Origin: an uncultured Muribaculaceae bacterium
Lineage (GTDB): Bacteria; Bacillota_I; Bacilli_A; RF39; UBA660
Length of the DNA: 64,000 nt
Assembly (NCBI GenBank): GCA_964425325.1
Contig: CAYRLX010000004.1
Span: forward strand, 4,577-68,576
Direction of reading: 5' to 3'
A program made the position numbers and the translations under genes. Of this stretch, positions 18,977-30,684 are shown piece after piece (the stretch's first letter is position 1; each line of letters starts with the position of its first letter). The notes below the pieces were generated by a model. That model was not told the DNA's origin. It searched no databases and saw only the letters and a list, made by a program, of their open reading frames with translations.

Positions 18977-21272
18977 GGTCTCTATCCTCCATTTCTACTT
19001 CCTGTTCATATGATTGTAATCCAAGTATATTATTTTCATATACATTTTTAATCATATCAACCACTTCGTCACCAACAATACTCCTTAAATATATTAATAT
19101 TCCTTCACTATTTTGAGATTTTATTATACTACCATAATTTGCAATCATCTCAGCAAAACCACGAAATGTATTATCATAATAACTTATCCCATGGCCGTAA
19201 GCAGATTTTATATCTAAACCATTCTCATCAAACAAAGCACCATTCATAAATTTTCCCATAAATATTGCATCTATTATATCACCAATAGCAATTAATGCAT
19301 CATAATCATTTCTAAAGGTTGCATCTACCATCTCAAAAACCTCTATTTCTATTCGCTGCCTAATAAATTCATCAACAGAATAAGTACGTGCTAAAATCAC
19401 ATCTAAAACTTGCTCATTGTAATCACGAATTAGTTCTTCTTTTTGTTCTTCTTTAGACTTAGCTAAAAATAAAGATAATTCTAACAATTTATCACCTTGA
19501 TACAAGTTCTTATAATATTTTTCTATTTTACTTTTAGAAATATCAGACCTTATATTCTCTCTTAGTTGAGCTATTCTCTTAGAATATTCTCCTACTCTAT
19601 CTATCATACCTTCACTTGATCTTGCCCTTGAAATGACTTCCAAATAATTTTCAGGAACATAATTTGATGCCAAATAATAATGTAAAGCATGGCTTGTTTC
19701 ATGATTAATCGTGCTAATAACATTATTATTAAGACAAACTCCCCCGCCACGTTTAAAATAAGCACCATCATCAGTTTTAGTATAAGTAAATTTATCATAA
19801 TTATTTTTTTTAATATCTATTAAATGCTTAAGTTCTTGAACAAACATTTCCTTATTCGGACTTTCTTCACTAGTTAAATATGTATAAGATATAATCAAAC
19901 TATCAATTGCAGCTTTATCACTAATACCATCCTGATAAAATAAATTTTTAAGCTCATCTAATAACTCAGGGCAAACACTCACAGAATCTTTAGCATATCT
20001 TTCATTATATTCATCAATATATAAATCTGAAAATTTAGTCTCGGTAGCTTTAAAATCAATCACACTATCTTCTATTCCTAAGTTTTTTAAAATAAGTACA
20101 AAATCAGGATCATTTCTATCTATACAACTTGGAAGTATCTTCGAAATAACTAGTTCCCTATCAATATCAATCATTTGTTCTAAAACACTCTCTTTATCAC
20201 CAAAACTTTTATGCAATAACATACCAGAAGTAATTGAAGGAACAAACGCTTGAAAACCATTTTGAGCCAACTTTATAAGCACCATAGATGTCATTTTGGT
20301 TGGATTATTCCAATATTTAAATGATAGCCGTTCTAAATGAACATCAATTCCTTGCTTTTGTTTTTCAATCATTAAATCAAGAAATGTCCTATCACCATCA
20401 TACCAAGACAATAATAGCGAAAGATCAGCTCCATATAATAAGTCAAATCTATTTCTTTCAACCAATAATTCTAAAATATAAGAAGAATTAAAGTAAAAAC
20501 CAGAAAAAGTTGGATCAATTCCGTTATCCAAAAGAAATTCAATTACCTTTTTTCCATCACCCATATCATAAAGTAATAATTCTTCGTTAGCATCCTTTAG
20601 CATCGTATAATCATTCTTAGCAGTACAATAAGAAACTATCTTATTACTAGTACCCTTTCTAAAAACAACATCCATAACATCAGGATCATGAATATACTTA
20701 TCAACAAGATAAATACCATTTTGTTCTTCTAATAGCAAATCAATTAACTTAGGTGATAATCTAGACAATGAAAATATATCATATTTTATCAAATAATCAA
20801 CTAATTCAACGTGTTTTTCAAATTTACTAAAAAATGAATAACTAACCTCCACATTATGTTCAAAAATATATTCAATCAAATTTTTACCATCTTGACTTTT
20901 TTCAAAATATATATCTTCATCAGGAACAATATATATACGTTTAAAATAATCATTTTTGGCACAAAAATACAAAACTTCAAGATTGCTAAATAAGTCTCTC
21001 TCAACCACCCCAGAAAAATACACATCATTTTTAAAAACATACTCAAGATATGAAATATTATTTTCATCTACCGATAATAAATCAGCAAGCGTGATATTAT
21101 CCCACGAAGACAAATATTTTTTTTCGCCTGATTTTATAGCTGCAAGTTCTCTATCTCGTTTTTCTTCCGGAGTTAATGAACTAAGCTCATCTATCGTAGT
21201 ATCAATTGTTTTCGACATTCTTTCTATCTCATCACTGTTAGATTTTGTAAATATTGGTAAATTTGTAAACAT
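18966..21272 (-). CDS. large hypothetical protein with an HExxH motif
   Basis: ATG at 21272 preceded by GGAGG. The N-terminal two thirds are repetitive helical and ankyrin-like (LIEYIFEHNVE, VIEFLLDNGIDP). C-terminal part carries INHETSHALHYY (HExxH). Confidence 0.6.
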   Translation of the reverse strand: MFTNLPIFTKSNSDEIERMSKTIDTTIDELSSLTPEEKRDRELAAIKSGEKKYLSSWDNITLADLLSVDENNISYLEYVFKNDVYFSGVVERDLFSNLEVLYFCAKNDYFKRIYIVPDEDIYFEKSQDGKNLIEYIFEHNVEVSYSFFSKFEKHVELVDYLIKYDIFSLSRLSPKLIDLLLEEQNGIYLVDKYIHDPDVMDVVFRKGTSNKIVSYCTAKNDYTMLKDANEELLLYDMGDGKKVIEFLLDNGIDPTFSGFYFNSSYILELLVERNRFDLLYGADLSLLLSWYDGDRTFLDLMIEKQKQGIDVHLERLSFKYWNNPTKMTSMVLIKLAQNGFQAFVPSITSGMLLHKSFGDKESVLEQMIDIDRELVISKILPSCIDRNDPDFVLILKNLGIEDSVIDFKATETKFSDLYIDEYNERYAKDSVSVCPELLDELKNLFYQDGISDKAAIDSLIISYTYLTSEESPNKEMFVQELKHLIDIKKNNYDKFTYTKTDDGAYFKRGGGVCLNNNVISTINHETSHALHYYLASNYVPENYLEVISRARSSEGMIDRVGEYSKRIAQLRENIRSDISKSKIEKYYKNLYQGDKLLELSLFLAKSKEEQKEELIRDYNEQVLDVILARTYSVDEFIRQRIEIEVFEMVDATFRNDYDALIAIGDIIDAIFMGKFMNGALFDENGLDIKSAYGHGISYYDNTFRGFAEMIANYGSIIKSQNSEGILIYLRSIVGDEVVDMIKNVYENNILGLQSYEQEVEMEDRDRAR

Positions 21273-21372
21273 AACAACTACCTCCAATATAATTAAATTA
21301 TAACACAGCTATAGCAACACATAATCAAAAATTTACAAACCTTTACAAAAAAAGAGTAAATTAAATTTACCC

Positions 21373-22518
21373 TTATGCCTCAGCTTTTAAATTAATTAAT
21401 TTCTCTTTAAGCTCGCTTTCAATTTTATTAAGTTCTTCTTCAGCCTCAGCCCTTTGTTTTCTGCCCTCAGCATGAATTCTAACAATCTCATCTAATGTAG
21501 TAATTAAATCAGCATTAGTCTTCTTAATAGTCTCTAAATCAACAATAGCTCTTTCACTCTCTTTAGCAATATCAATAGAACCCTGTTTTAAAGTTTCACT
21601 ATTTTTCTTAAGCATCTCATTAGTTAAATCAGAAACCTTTTTCTGAGCGTCTAGTGCTTGTTTAGCATTAGCTATTCCAAGAGCAATAACCATTTGATTT
21701 TTCCAAAGAGGAATAGTATTAGTTAAAGAAGATTGAATCTTGTCGACAAGTTCAGCATCATTATTTTGAATAAGTCTAATTTGTGGTGCCATTTGAATTG
21801 ATATAATTCTAGTAGTTTTCAAATCATATAATTTCTTCTCAAACCTATGAATTAAATTATTCATATCGTTAACCTTTTGAACATCAGTTTGTTCTCCAGA
21901 TTCTTTAGCCGTCTTCTCTAGCTCAGGTAAAACCTTAGTCTTAAGTTCTTCTACCTTCTGCATACCAGCTATTATATATAAAGATAATTCCTTGAAATAT
22001 TCTAAATTTTTATCATACATTTGATCAAAGATTTCAATATCTTTCATCATTTGTATTTTATGAGAATCAAGCTTTCTTTCGATAGAATTAATATTAGTTT
22101 CTACTTTACTAAATTTAGCAATTACTTTTTTAATTTGTTTTTCCAAAGAATTAAATAAGCCAGGTTTCATATTCGCATTAATACCAGCATCAAAAGATTT
22201 AATCTCAGAAGTAAGATCAGCAAGAAGTCCTCCTACCTCACCCAAATTCTTAGTTTTAACATTATTAAGAACCTCATCAGAAAATTGAGTAATCTTAGTT
22301 TGTGCAGGAGAACCAAATGTAATAATTTCATTAGTACTACTTACATCTATCTTCCCTACAAATTCATCAATAGCCGCTTTTTCTTCCTTAGTAAGCTTAC
22401 TATAGTCTAAAGTTTTCTCTACCTTAGCTTCAGTAAGTTCCTTTCCCTCTTCAATCGTACTTTTGATTTCACCTAAATCTAAAGTATCTAAAGTTTTAAG
22501 TTCAAGTTTCTTTTCCAT
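21373..22518 (-). CDS. telA: toxic anion resistance protein TelA/YaaN family
   Basis: About 380-aa all-helical protein with the TelA-like N-terminal region (EKAAIDEFVGKIDVSSTNEIITFGSPAQ). Adjacent to an XpaC-like gene, as in Bacillus. ATG at 22518 with RBS GAGGTG. Confidence 0.75.
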   Translation of the reverse strand: MEKKLELKTLDTLDLGEIKSTIEEGKELTEAKVEKTLDYSKLTKEEKAAIDEFVGKIDVSSTNEIITFGSPAQTKITQFSDEVLNNVKTKNLGEVGGLLADLTSEIKSFDAGINANMKPGLFNSLEKQIKKVIAKFSKVETNINSIERKLDSHKIQMMKDIEIFDQMYDKNLEYFKELSLYIIAGMQKVEELKTKVLPELEKTAKESGEQTDVQKVNDMNNLIHRFEKKLYDLKTTRIISIQMAPQIRLIQNNDAELVDKIQSSLTNTIPLWKNQMVIALGIANAKQALDAQKKVSDLTNEMLKKNSETLKQGSIDIAKESERAIVDLETIKKTNADLITTLDEIVRIHAEGRKQRAEAEEELNKIESELKEKLINLKAEA

Positions 22519-22529
22519 ATTCTTCACCT

Positions 22530-23642
22530 CTAATTTTTTAAACTTTCTATCATTTTTTCATATATATTCATCTTCAAGCTTGACACAGCACCGTCAATAC
22601 TTTGAGGAATACCTTTAACCTTAGCCTTAGAAACATCGTAATTACCTCCGGTAACACCAGTTCTAAAGCCATATCTTTCCCATGCAAGCTGCTGTACTTC
22701 CTTATCCTCGAATACATCATAATACTTATTACCCTTATCAGATAAAGAAGCAATACAATGAGAATTCCAAATAGTAGGACTAGGATACAAAATCCTAATT
22801 TTATCCTTTACACTATCATATCCATCAGGATCACTATTAGCAAAATCAATTATACTCTTCTCATAATCAACTATCATAGGTTTAGCCCCAACACCAGTTT
22901 TCAAATAAAGTTGAAATAAATCAGCTGGAGTATTATTCATATAACCAGACTTCTTATAAAACTCCTTTAACTTAGGTAAAATCTCATCGATATTCTCATC
23001 ATTTACTCTTCCGCCCCCCATTATAGAAGCAAGAAGTCCATAATAAGTAGCTCCAGGACTTGATGTTACAGGATCAGTAGAATCGATATTAATCTTACCA
23101 TATAAATCAAGACCAATATCCTTCCAACTTTTTCCCTCTAAAATATAATCTAAAAGCTTATTCATATCAGTTATAAAATAAACCCCGTCCTTCTCAGTAA
23201 CGATACCCTCTTTTATCAAAGCATCTACAACAGTATCCCAGCTATATATAACAACTGGAGTGTTTAATGTTAAACTGCCTTTTTCCACAGTATATCTATC
23301 TGCCTCACCTTTTTCCTTATTAGGAGCCAGTTTATAATAATCATAAAATCTTTGATCAGAGAAAAATATAAAATCATATTTAGATCCATCTTCCCTAACA
23401 ACATCATTTACAATTAATTTACCATTACTCCAAGTGTCATTAATAACATCGATTTTAAACCTCTTATTTAAAATCTTAACAAACTCTTCGTCAGCAAGCA
23501 AATTTTCTTTACCACCGCCAACAGCTCCATAAACCTTAGGCAAATTAGAACTTGTACCTATAAAATTTTTAAGCCCCACAATACCAAGTATTAAAGCTAA
23601 AAATACAAGTACCCCAATTCCTATTTTTTTAGTGTCCATCAT
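22530..23642 (-). CDS. membrane-anchored periplasmic-binding-protein-like protein
   Basis: N-terminal TM anchor then about 340 aa resembling a type 2 solute-binding fold. Paralogous in character to the N-terminal half of the vWA protein. Confidence 0.5.
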   Translation of the reverse strand: MMDTKKIGIGVLVFLALILGIVGLKNFIGTSSNLPKVYGAVGGGKENLLADEEFVKILNKRFKIDVINDTWSNGKLIVNDVVREDGSKYDFIFFSDQRFYDYYKLAPNKEKGEADRYTVEKGSLTLNTPVVIYSWDTVVDALIKEGIVTEKDGVYFITDMNKLLDYILEGKSWKDIGLDLYGKINIDSTDPVTSSPGATYYGLLASIMGGGRVNDENIDEILPKLKEFYKKSGYMNNTPADLFQLYLKTGVGAKPMIVDYEKSIIDFANSDPDGYDSVKDKIRILYPSPTIWNSHCIASLSDKGNKYYDVFEDKEVQQLAWERYGFRTGVTGGNYDVSKAKVKGIPQSIDGAVSSLKMNIYEKMIESLKN

Positions 23643-24258
23643 TATCACTATCCTTTTTTATAGACTCTCCTAGTAGCCCATCTGATTTTAATACCTTCTC
23701 AAAAACCTTCATTTCAGCATCTATATCCACCATATCAGTAGTATATAAATTATTAAGCTGCATATCAAAAGCACCTTTTATATCACCAAGTAATTTAATA
23801 ATTCGAGTTTTAAAATCACGAACCTCTCTGCTAGATAAATTCTCATTTTCTATCTCTTCATATTTTTTAAGTATCTTTAAAGTAATAGGCAAATAATAAT
23901 TCAGAAAATTAGTAGCCTGACTTATCTTCTCAGGGGTTTTAGAAAGCCTATTAGTAATCTTCTCAGAAATAGAAGCAATATCATTTACATAATCACGAAT
24001 AGTCTTATCAGTAATTAACTTAGCTATTCGTTTAAGTTCCCTAACATATTCACCACTTTTAATAAGCAAAGCTTTATATATGGCAAAATTACCTTTTCCA
24101 AGTTTATCTAAATCAGTCTCTTTAGTAGCAAGCGCTGAAGCTCCAAAAGCAAGCATTCCAACCCCAAGTGAAGGAAGAAGCCCAAAATTTAAAGCTAAAT
24201 AAGGAACTGCGAAAAATCCACTACCGATTATTCCAGATAAAATATATCTATTCTTCAT
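23629..24258 (-). CDS. xpaC: XpaC-like (5-bromo-4-chloroindolyl phosphate hydrolysis) protein
   Basis: About 200 aa: two N-terminal TM helices plus a helical domain. Conserved adjacency to telA. Confidence 0.55.
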   Translation of the reverse strand: MKNRYILSGIIGSGFFAVPYLALNFGLLPSLGVGMLAFGASALATKETDLDKLGKGNFAIYKALLIKSGEYVRELKRIAKLITDKTIRDYVNDIASISEKITNRLSKTPEKISQATNFLNYYLPITLKILKKYEEIENENLSSREVRDFKTRIIKLLGDIKGAFDMQLNNLYTTDMVDIDAEMKVFEKVLKSDGLLGESIKKDSDNDGH

Positions 24259-25853
24259 TAGTTATAACCCCTTACTTCTTTAAATGCTGATAACAAATTA
24301 CTTCTTCCATCAAAAACCTTACCATTAGATAAATCAGTAATCTCCTCTAGTTGATACCTACTAGCAGAGCCAAACATAATCGCATAAACCGGAATCTTGC
24401 TTTCTAGTTTTTTATAAGCTTTTTTATAATCACTAAAGTACCCACTATTACCTTCACCATCAGTCATCAAAATAACAGATAAATTATACTCATCAGGATT
24501 TTCCTTAGATAAAATATCAAAAGCTTTTATTGTAGGCATATATAAATTAGTGCTTCCACCTAGTTCTTGATCTTTTATTTTTTGAATTAAAGAAGAAGTT
24601 TCTTCACCATTATCAGTACTAAATTCATTTAATATAGTACTGTCAAATGCAATAACACTAATCTTATCTTTTTTAGAAAACTGAACCATATTTTTAGAAG
24701 CCTTAGAAGAATCTAATATAAAGTCCATCGCGCTAGTAAGCTCTTTATTACCATCTCCATACATACTACCAGAATAATCTAAGCAAAATACCGTATGAGT
24801 AGGTTTTCTAAACTCAGTTTGATATAAAACTAAAGCCTCTTTTATTATAGAAGAAGAAGGATACTTAACAGGAGATAAATAACTAGAAGTATCAATTCCC
24901 CAAGAATTATTAAATACCTTTTTAGAAGCCTTACTATTAACTCCACCATACCAAGTACGTCTTCCATAGCCCTCTAACTTCTTTTGAACATCTTTGCTCA
25001 AAACATATTTTTGAAAGCCAAGAAATACCTCTTCCTTATCATCATCCTTATTATTGACATAAGCAAGCGGAGCATCAGAAATAGTAACACCATCCACAGG
25101 ATAAATAATATAATATGGCTCTTTCCCAGATTTTTCTAATTTCTTATTTAAACTAATAAAAGAGGATTCATAAGAAATAGCCGCATCATAATCACCTTTA
25201 ATTAAAACATCTTCTAAAAACTCATCACTACCACTAGTTCTAGTAACACCATTTAGTAAACTAGTAATATCAGAAGTTAAATTCTCATTTTCTAAATGCT
25301 CATGAGTAAGCACTTCAGGATTACCAGATAAAGTTTGCAAAAATCCCAAATAAGCAGAAGCTCCAGTATTAGTCTGAGTAGCAGAAGTCATAACAAACTT
25401 TAAATCACCTTTTTTAATAGCTTCAAGTAAATCTTTCGTATAAATATCTCCACTTGTAAAGCCAAGTTTTTCAGCCACACTTTTTTTAATACCAAATACA
25501 ACAGGATTAATGAAAGTACTCTTTGAATCAATAACTTTATAAGAATCATCAAGCATATAAAGCCAAATAGAATTAGAAGCCCATATTGCATCATAATTCT
25601 CATTGTTATTAAGCTTATCCATTATCTCGATAGTACCAGCATAATCGATATCGACATTCATTTTTTCTTTAGAAAAATAATCTTTTATAATAGGCTCTAA
25701 ATCTTTATTTTCAGAGCTAACTAATAACTTAAAAGAATTACCAGTAAATACATCAACTACACTTCTTCCAGCACTCAAAATAATATTTATAAAAAATACA
25801 AAAGCAATAAATAAACATCCAAAAAATAATATAGTTTTTTTCTCATTACTCAT
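24258..25853 (-). CDS. membrane-anchored binding-domain plus von Willebrand factor A domain protein
   Basis: N-terminal TM segment, a solute-binding-like domain, and a C-terminal vWA domain with MIDAS DYSGSM...T...D(G)EGN. ATG at 25853 with RBS GGTGAT. Confidence 0.7.
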   Translation of the reverse strand: MSNEKKTILFFGCLFIAFVFFINIILSAGRSVVDVFTGNSFKLLVSSENKDLEPIIKDYFSKEKMNVDIDYAGTIEIMDKLNNNENYDAIWASNSIWLYMLDDSYKVIDSKSTFINPVVFGIKKSVAEKLGFTSGDIYTKDLLEAIKKGDLKFVMTSATQTNTGASAYLGFLQTLSGNPEVLTHEHLENENLTSDITSLLNGVTRTSGSDEFLEDVLIKGDYDAAISYESSFISLNKKLEKSGKEPYYIIYPVDGVTISDAPLAYVNNKDDDKEEVFLGFQKYVLSKDVQKKLEGYGRRTWYGGVNSKASKKVFNNSWGIDTSSYLSPVKYPSSSIIKEALVLYQTEFRKPTHTVFCLDYSGSMYGDGNKELTSAMDFILDSSKASKNMVQFSKKDKISVIAFDSTILNEFSTDNGEETSSLIQKIKDQELGGSTNLYMPTIKAFDILSKENPDEYNLSVILMTDGEGNSGYFSDYKKAYKKLESKIPVYAIMFGSASRYQLEEITDLSNGKVFDGRSNLLSAFKEVRGYN

Positions 25854-25888
25854 ATTCATCACCATTTAATAATATTATACTATAAAAT

Positions 25889-27904
<2,016 letters not shown>

Positions 27905-27927
27905 CTAGTATGTGTTAAATATACTAA

Positions 27928-29112
27928 TTAAATAATACAATAAGAATTGCCCGTTTTAAATACACGACAGATAGTACTAACAGAACCATACACACTGACA
28001 CCACCTGAGGAATCGGCACTCGCACGATATAACCCGCCACTATAGCAAGTAGAAATACTAGCTGTAAACGTACATCCTATCCTAGTAGAAGAATTATAAG
28101 CTCCTAAATTATAAAATGCTTGATAATCTTTTATTATCTGAGTATTTTGAGCAAATGAGGCCCCGCTATCAGCTCCTTTCATACAATGTTCAGTATTATT
28201 ATATACAAAGCATACGTAAGAAGCAGTTACTACGTCTTCTACTATATCGTGCTTTAAATAATATGATTTATTCAAGGCACTTGCATCTTCTGTATAACTT
28301 CCTAAGCCTTTTTCTCTAGTTTGGCAGCTATATCCAGCTGGAGAATTTTTACCTTCGTATCCTGTTTGACATTCTGCTTCAGTACTGTATTCATCAACAT
28401 ATTCTCCTCCAGTTGATGGATTTGAAATTACCCATACTGTCCCAGTATCATTTATATTATCACCATTATGAACTCTATTGGTGTTATGTCTATATACTGT
28501 TCCAGTATAAGTTGTTACCATTCCATCTGTGCCGGTTCCTTGCTCTGCATTTATCTTTACATTTAGAGACTGCTCTTCTCCATCATATGGTCCAGTTACA
28601 TCAGTAGTATTTTGAAATCTAGCAACTACTCTCATTGTAGTCTCTCCGTCTACTGCAAGATTAGTACTTTCTGGCATATGCACAATAAACTCTATATTTT
28701 CTTTTTTTATTGTTGTATCTGTTGTTACATTATTATTTTCTACTTGTATACTTTTTATAGCTACTGGTACAGTAGATTTATTCTTTATTGTAAGAGTATA
28801 TTCTATTTGATCACCCGGCTGTTTAAATGTTGCTGTTAAAGAAGCATCTGGCTGATACTTAGTTTCACAAGTACTACCTGAGAAAGTTATACTTCCTGTT
28901 GGTGTAGATCCTCCAGTAATACCTGCTTTTGCTGTATAATCAGTAGTTTTCGTATTATCAAATCCTACGCACCATGAATTTGAAATATTGGCTGTTCCAT
29001 TTATAGTGAGTAATTGGCTAAATGCTGCATATCCTACTCCCATTATGACAAGTATCATGCATAGTCCAATTATTATATAATTTCTTTTATCTTGTTTTGT
29101 TCTTAAATTCAT
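27928..29112 (-). CDS. secreted or membrane-anchored protein with TasA-type N-terminus and Cys-rich C-terminal domain
   Basis: Signal anchor IIIGLCMILVIMGVGYAAFSQLLTINGTANISNSW, like the island proteins. The C-terminal 150 aa contain about 10 Cys. Confidence 0.6.
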   Translation of the reverse strand: MNLRTKQDKRNYIIIGLCMILVIMGVGYAAFSQLLTINGTANISNSWCVGFDNTKTTDYTAKAGITGGSTPTGSITFSGSTCETKYQPDASLTATFKQPGDQIEYTLTIKNKSTVPVAIKSIQVENNNVTTDTTIKKENIEFIVHMPESTNLAVDGETTMRVVARFQNTTDVTGPYDGEEQSLNVKINAEQGTGTDGMVTTYTGTVYRHNTNRVHNGDNINDTGTVWVISNPSTGGEYVDEYSTEAECQTGYEGKNSPAGYSCQTREKGLGSYTEDASALNKSYYLKHDIVEDVVTASYVCFVYNNTEHCMKGADSGASFAQNTQIIKDYQAFYNLGAYNSSTRIGCTFTASISTCYSGGLYRASADSSGGVSVYGSVSTICRVFKTGNSYCII

Positions 29113-29208
29113 CTTTCAGCCTTCTTCCTACTATATTTCAATTTTATCAAAAATAATATAAAAATAAAATATTTTTTACAATTTTTAGAGGAATTCACCT
29201 CTTTCATG

Positions 29209-29233
29209 GAGAATGATTATATATAGAGGTGAA
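29209..29233 (+). repeat. shared 5' leader motif, copy 1
   Basis: GAGAATGATTATATATAGAGGTGAA immediately before the ATG at 29237. Repeated at 32836-32865. Confidence 0.7.
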
Positions 29234-29236
29234 CAA

Positions 29237-30265
29237 ATGAATAATAATAATAAATTAAACAAAAAATTTAAAAATATAATAAATAATATCAAAAAAGAAA
29301 TAAATACAACACAAATAAAAATAGCAGTAGAAACAAATAAAAATATAATTAATTTATATTTTAAAATAGGTAAAATATTAAACGATAATTTTAAATATGG
29401 TAACAAATTTATAGATTTTATATCACAAGAATTAAAAAACGAATTTCCAAATACAAAAGGTTTCTCTGTTAGAAATTTAAAATATATGAAAAAATTTTAT
29501 TTAGAATATAAAGATAATAAAGTTGTGCAACGCACCGTTGCACAACTTCCATGGAGACATAATATTGTTTTAATAAGCAAACTTAAAGACAATAAAATAA
29601 GAAAAATATATGCTGAAGCAACTATAAAAAATGGGTGGAACAAAAATATGTTAACAATACAGATAGAAAATAATTATCATTTAAGAATTGGAAATAGTTC
29701 AAACAATTTTAAACTATCATTACCAAAAACAACTAGTAGTTTAGCAAATAATATAATTAAAGACCCATATATATTTGATTTTATATCATTAAAAACCAAT
29801 TACAAAGAAAAAGATTTAGAAAAAGCTATGCTTGAAAAAATAAAAGATGTTTTAATAGAATTAGGAAAAGGTTTTTCATTTGTTGGTAATCAATATAAAA
29901 TTAATATAAATAATAATGAATATTTTATAGATTTATTATTTTATCATTTAGATTTAAAGTGTTATATTGTAATCGAATTAAAAACAACAGAATTCAAGCC
30001 AGAATACATAGGACAATTAGGATTCTATATTACCTCTGTAAATGAAAAAATAAAAAAAGAAACAGATAATCAAACGATTGGAATACTACTTTGTAAAGAT
30101 AAGAATAGACTAACAGCAAAATGGGCATTAAAAAGTACAAATGTACCAATTGGTGTATCCACTTATGAACTTGGCAAATATTTACCAAAAAATATTATTG
30201 AAAAATTGCCAACCGAAGCAGATTTAAATATCAATATCAATACAAATAAAAAAATTAAAAAGTAG
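29237..30265 (+). CDS. PDDEXK nuclease-fold protein, YhcG/DUF1016 family
   Basis: C-terminal core FIDLLFYHLDLKCYIVIELK (D...ExK) plus the N-terminal helical DUF1016-like region. ATG at 29237 with RBS AGAGGTGA. Confidence 0.75.
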   Translation: MNNNNKLNKKFKNIINNIKKEINTTQIKIAVETNKNIINLYFKIGKILNDNFKYGNKFIDFISQELKNEFPNTKGFSVRNLKYMKKFYLEYKDNKVVQRTVAQLPWRHNIVLISKLKDNKIRKIYAEATIKNGWNKNMLTIQIENNYHLRIGNSSNNFKLSLPKTTSSLANNIIKDPYIFDFISLKTNYKEKDLEKAMLEKIKDVLIELGKGFSFVGNQYKININNNEYFIDLLFYHLDLKCYIVIELKTTEFKPEYIGQLGFYITSVNEKIKKETDNQTIGILLCKDKNRLTAKWALKSTNVPIGVSTYELGKYLPKNIIEKLPTEADLNININTNKKIKK

Positions 30266-30473
30266 CATTTACTTTTACAATTAAGATTTTGTAAAAATAT
30301 AGGATTAATCTAACCAAAATTATTTATACTTTAGATGTAAACTTACAAGGTTTGAAAAAGAAGCATAAGAATCGGCAAAAGAAAAAAGCATGAAAATAGA
30401 AGACATCATAGATATTGCTGGCTTGTCTAAAAAAAAGACATCGAAAAACTCCATAATTAAATGGAGTTCTTTT

Positions 30474-30517
30474 ACTTTACACTTTTAAAATAATTGTAAA
30501 TCTTTGGAGATTATTAC
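30474..30517 (+). repeat. 44-nt conserved motif, copy B
   Basis: ACTTTACACTTTTAAAATAATTGTAAATCTTTGGAGATTATTAC. Confidence 0.8.
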
Positions 30518-30675
30518 TATTCACCATTTCTATGAAGAGCCCCAAATACAACACTAAAAGCAAATATGCCAATTAATACAAATGCAAGCCACATCATAGG
30601 ATTATCATGATATTTCATAACAAAATTCTTAAATGGCTCTATCCATTCATTTAATTTATCCACAATATTAAGCAT
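30517..30675 (-). CDS. 52-aa small membrane protein downstream of pcrA
   Basis: ATG at 30675, 7 nt after the pcrA stop, with RBS TAGGTGT. Peptide MLNIVDKLNEWIEPFKNFVMKYHDNPMMWLAFVLIGIFAFSVVFGALHRNGE has one TM helix. Below the track cutoff. Confidence 0.45.
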   Translation of the reverse strand: MLNIVDKLNEWIEPFKNFVMKYHDNPMMWLAFVLIGIFAFSVVFGALHRNGE

Positions 30676-30684
30676 AATATACAC

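Noticed and set aside
29185-29406. Track ORFs 29185..29406 (-), 31151..31429 (+), 34521..34721 (+), 36093..36362 (+), 37104..37556 (+), 38257..38457 (-), 41287..41568 (+), 44655..44843 (+), 48945..49320 (+), 52076..52369 (-), 54231..54584 (+), 54296..54577 (-), 55610..55825 (-), 56042..56260 (-), 58480..58668 (-), 59189..59548 (-), 60806..61063 (-), 61479..61664 (+)
   Set aside because: Same reasoning: they are embedded in better-supported genes on the other strand or frame, with no RBS and no recognisable motifs.
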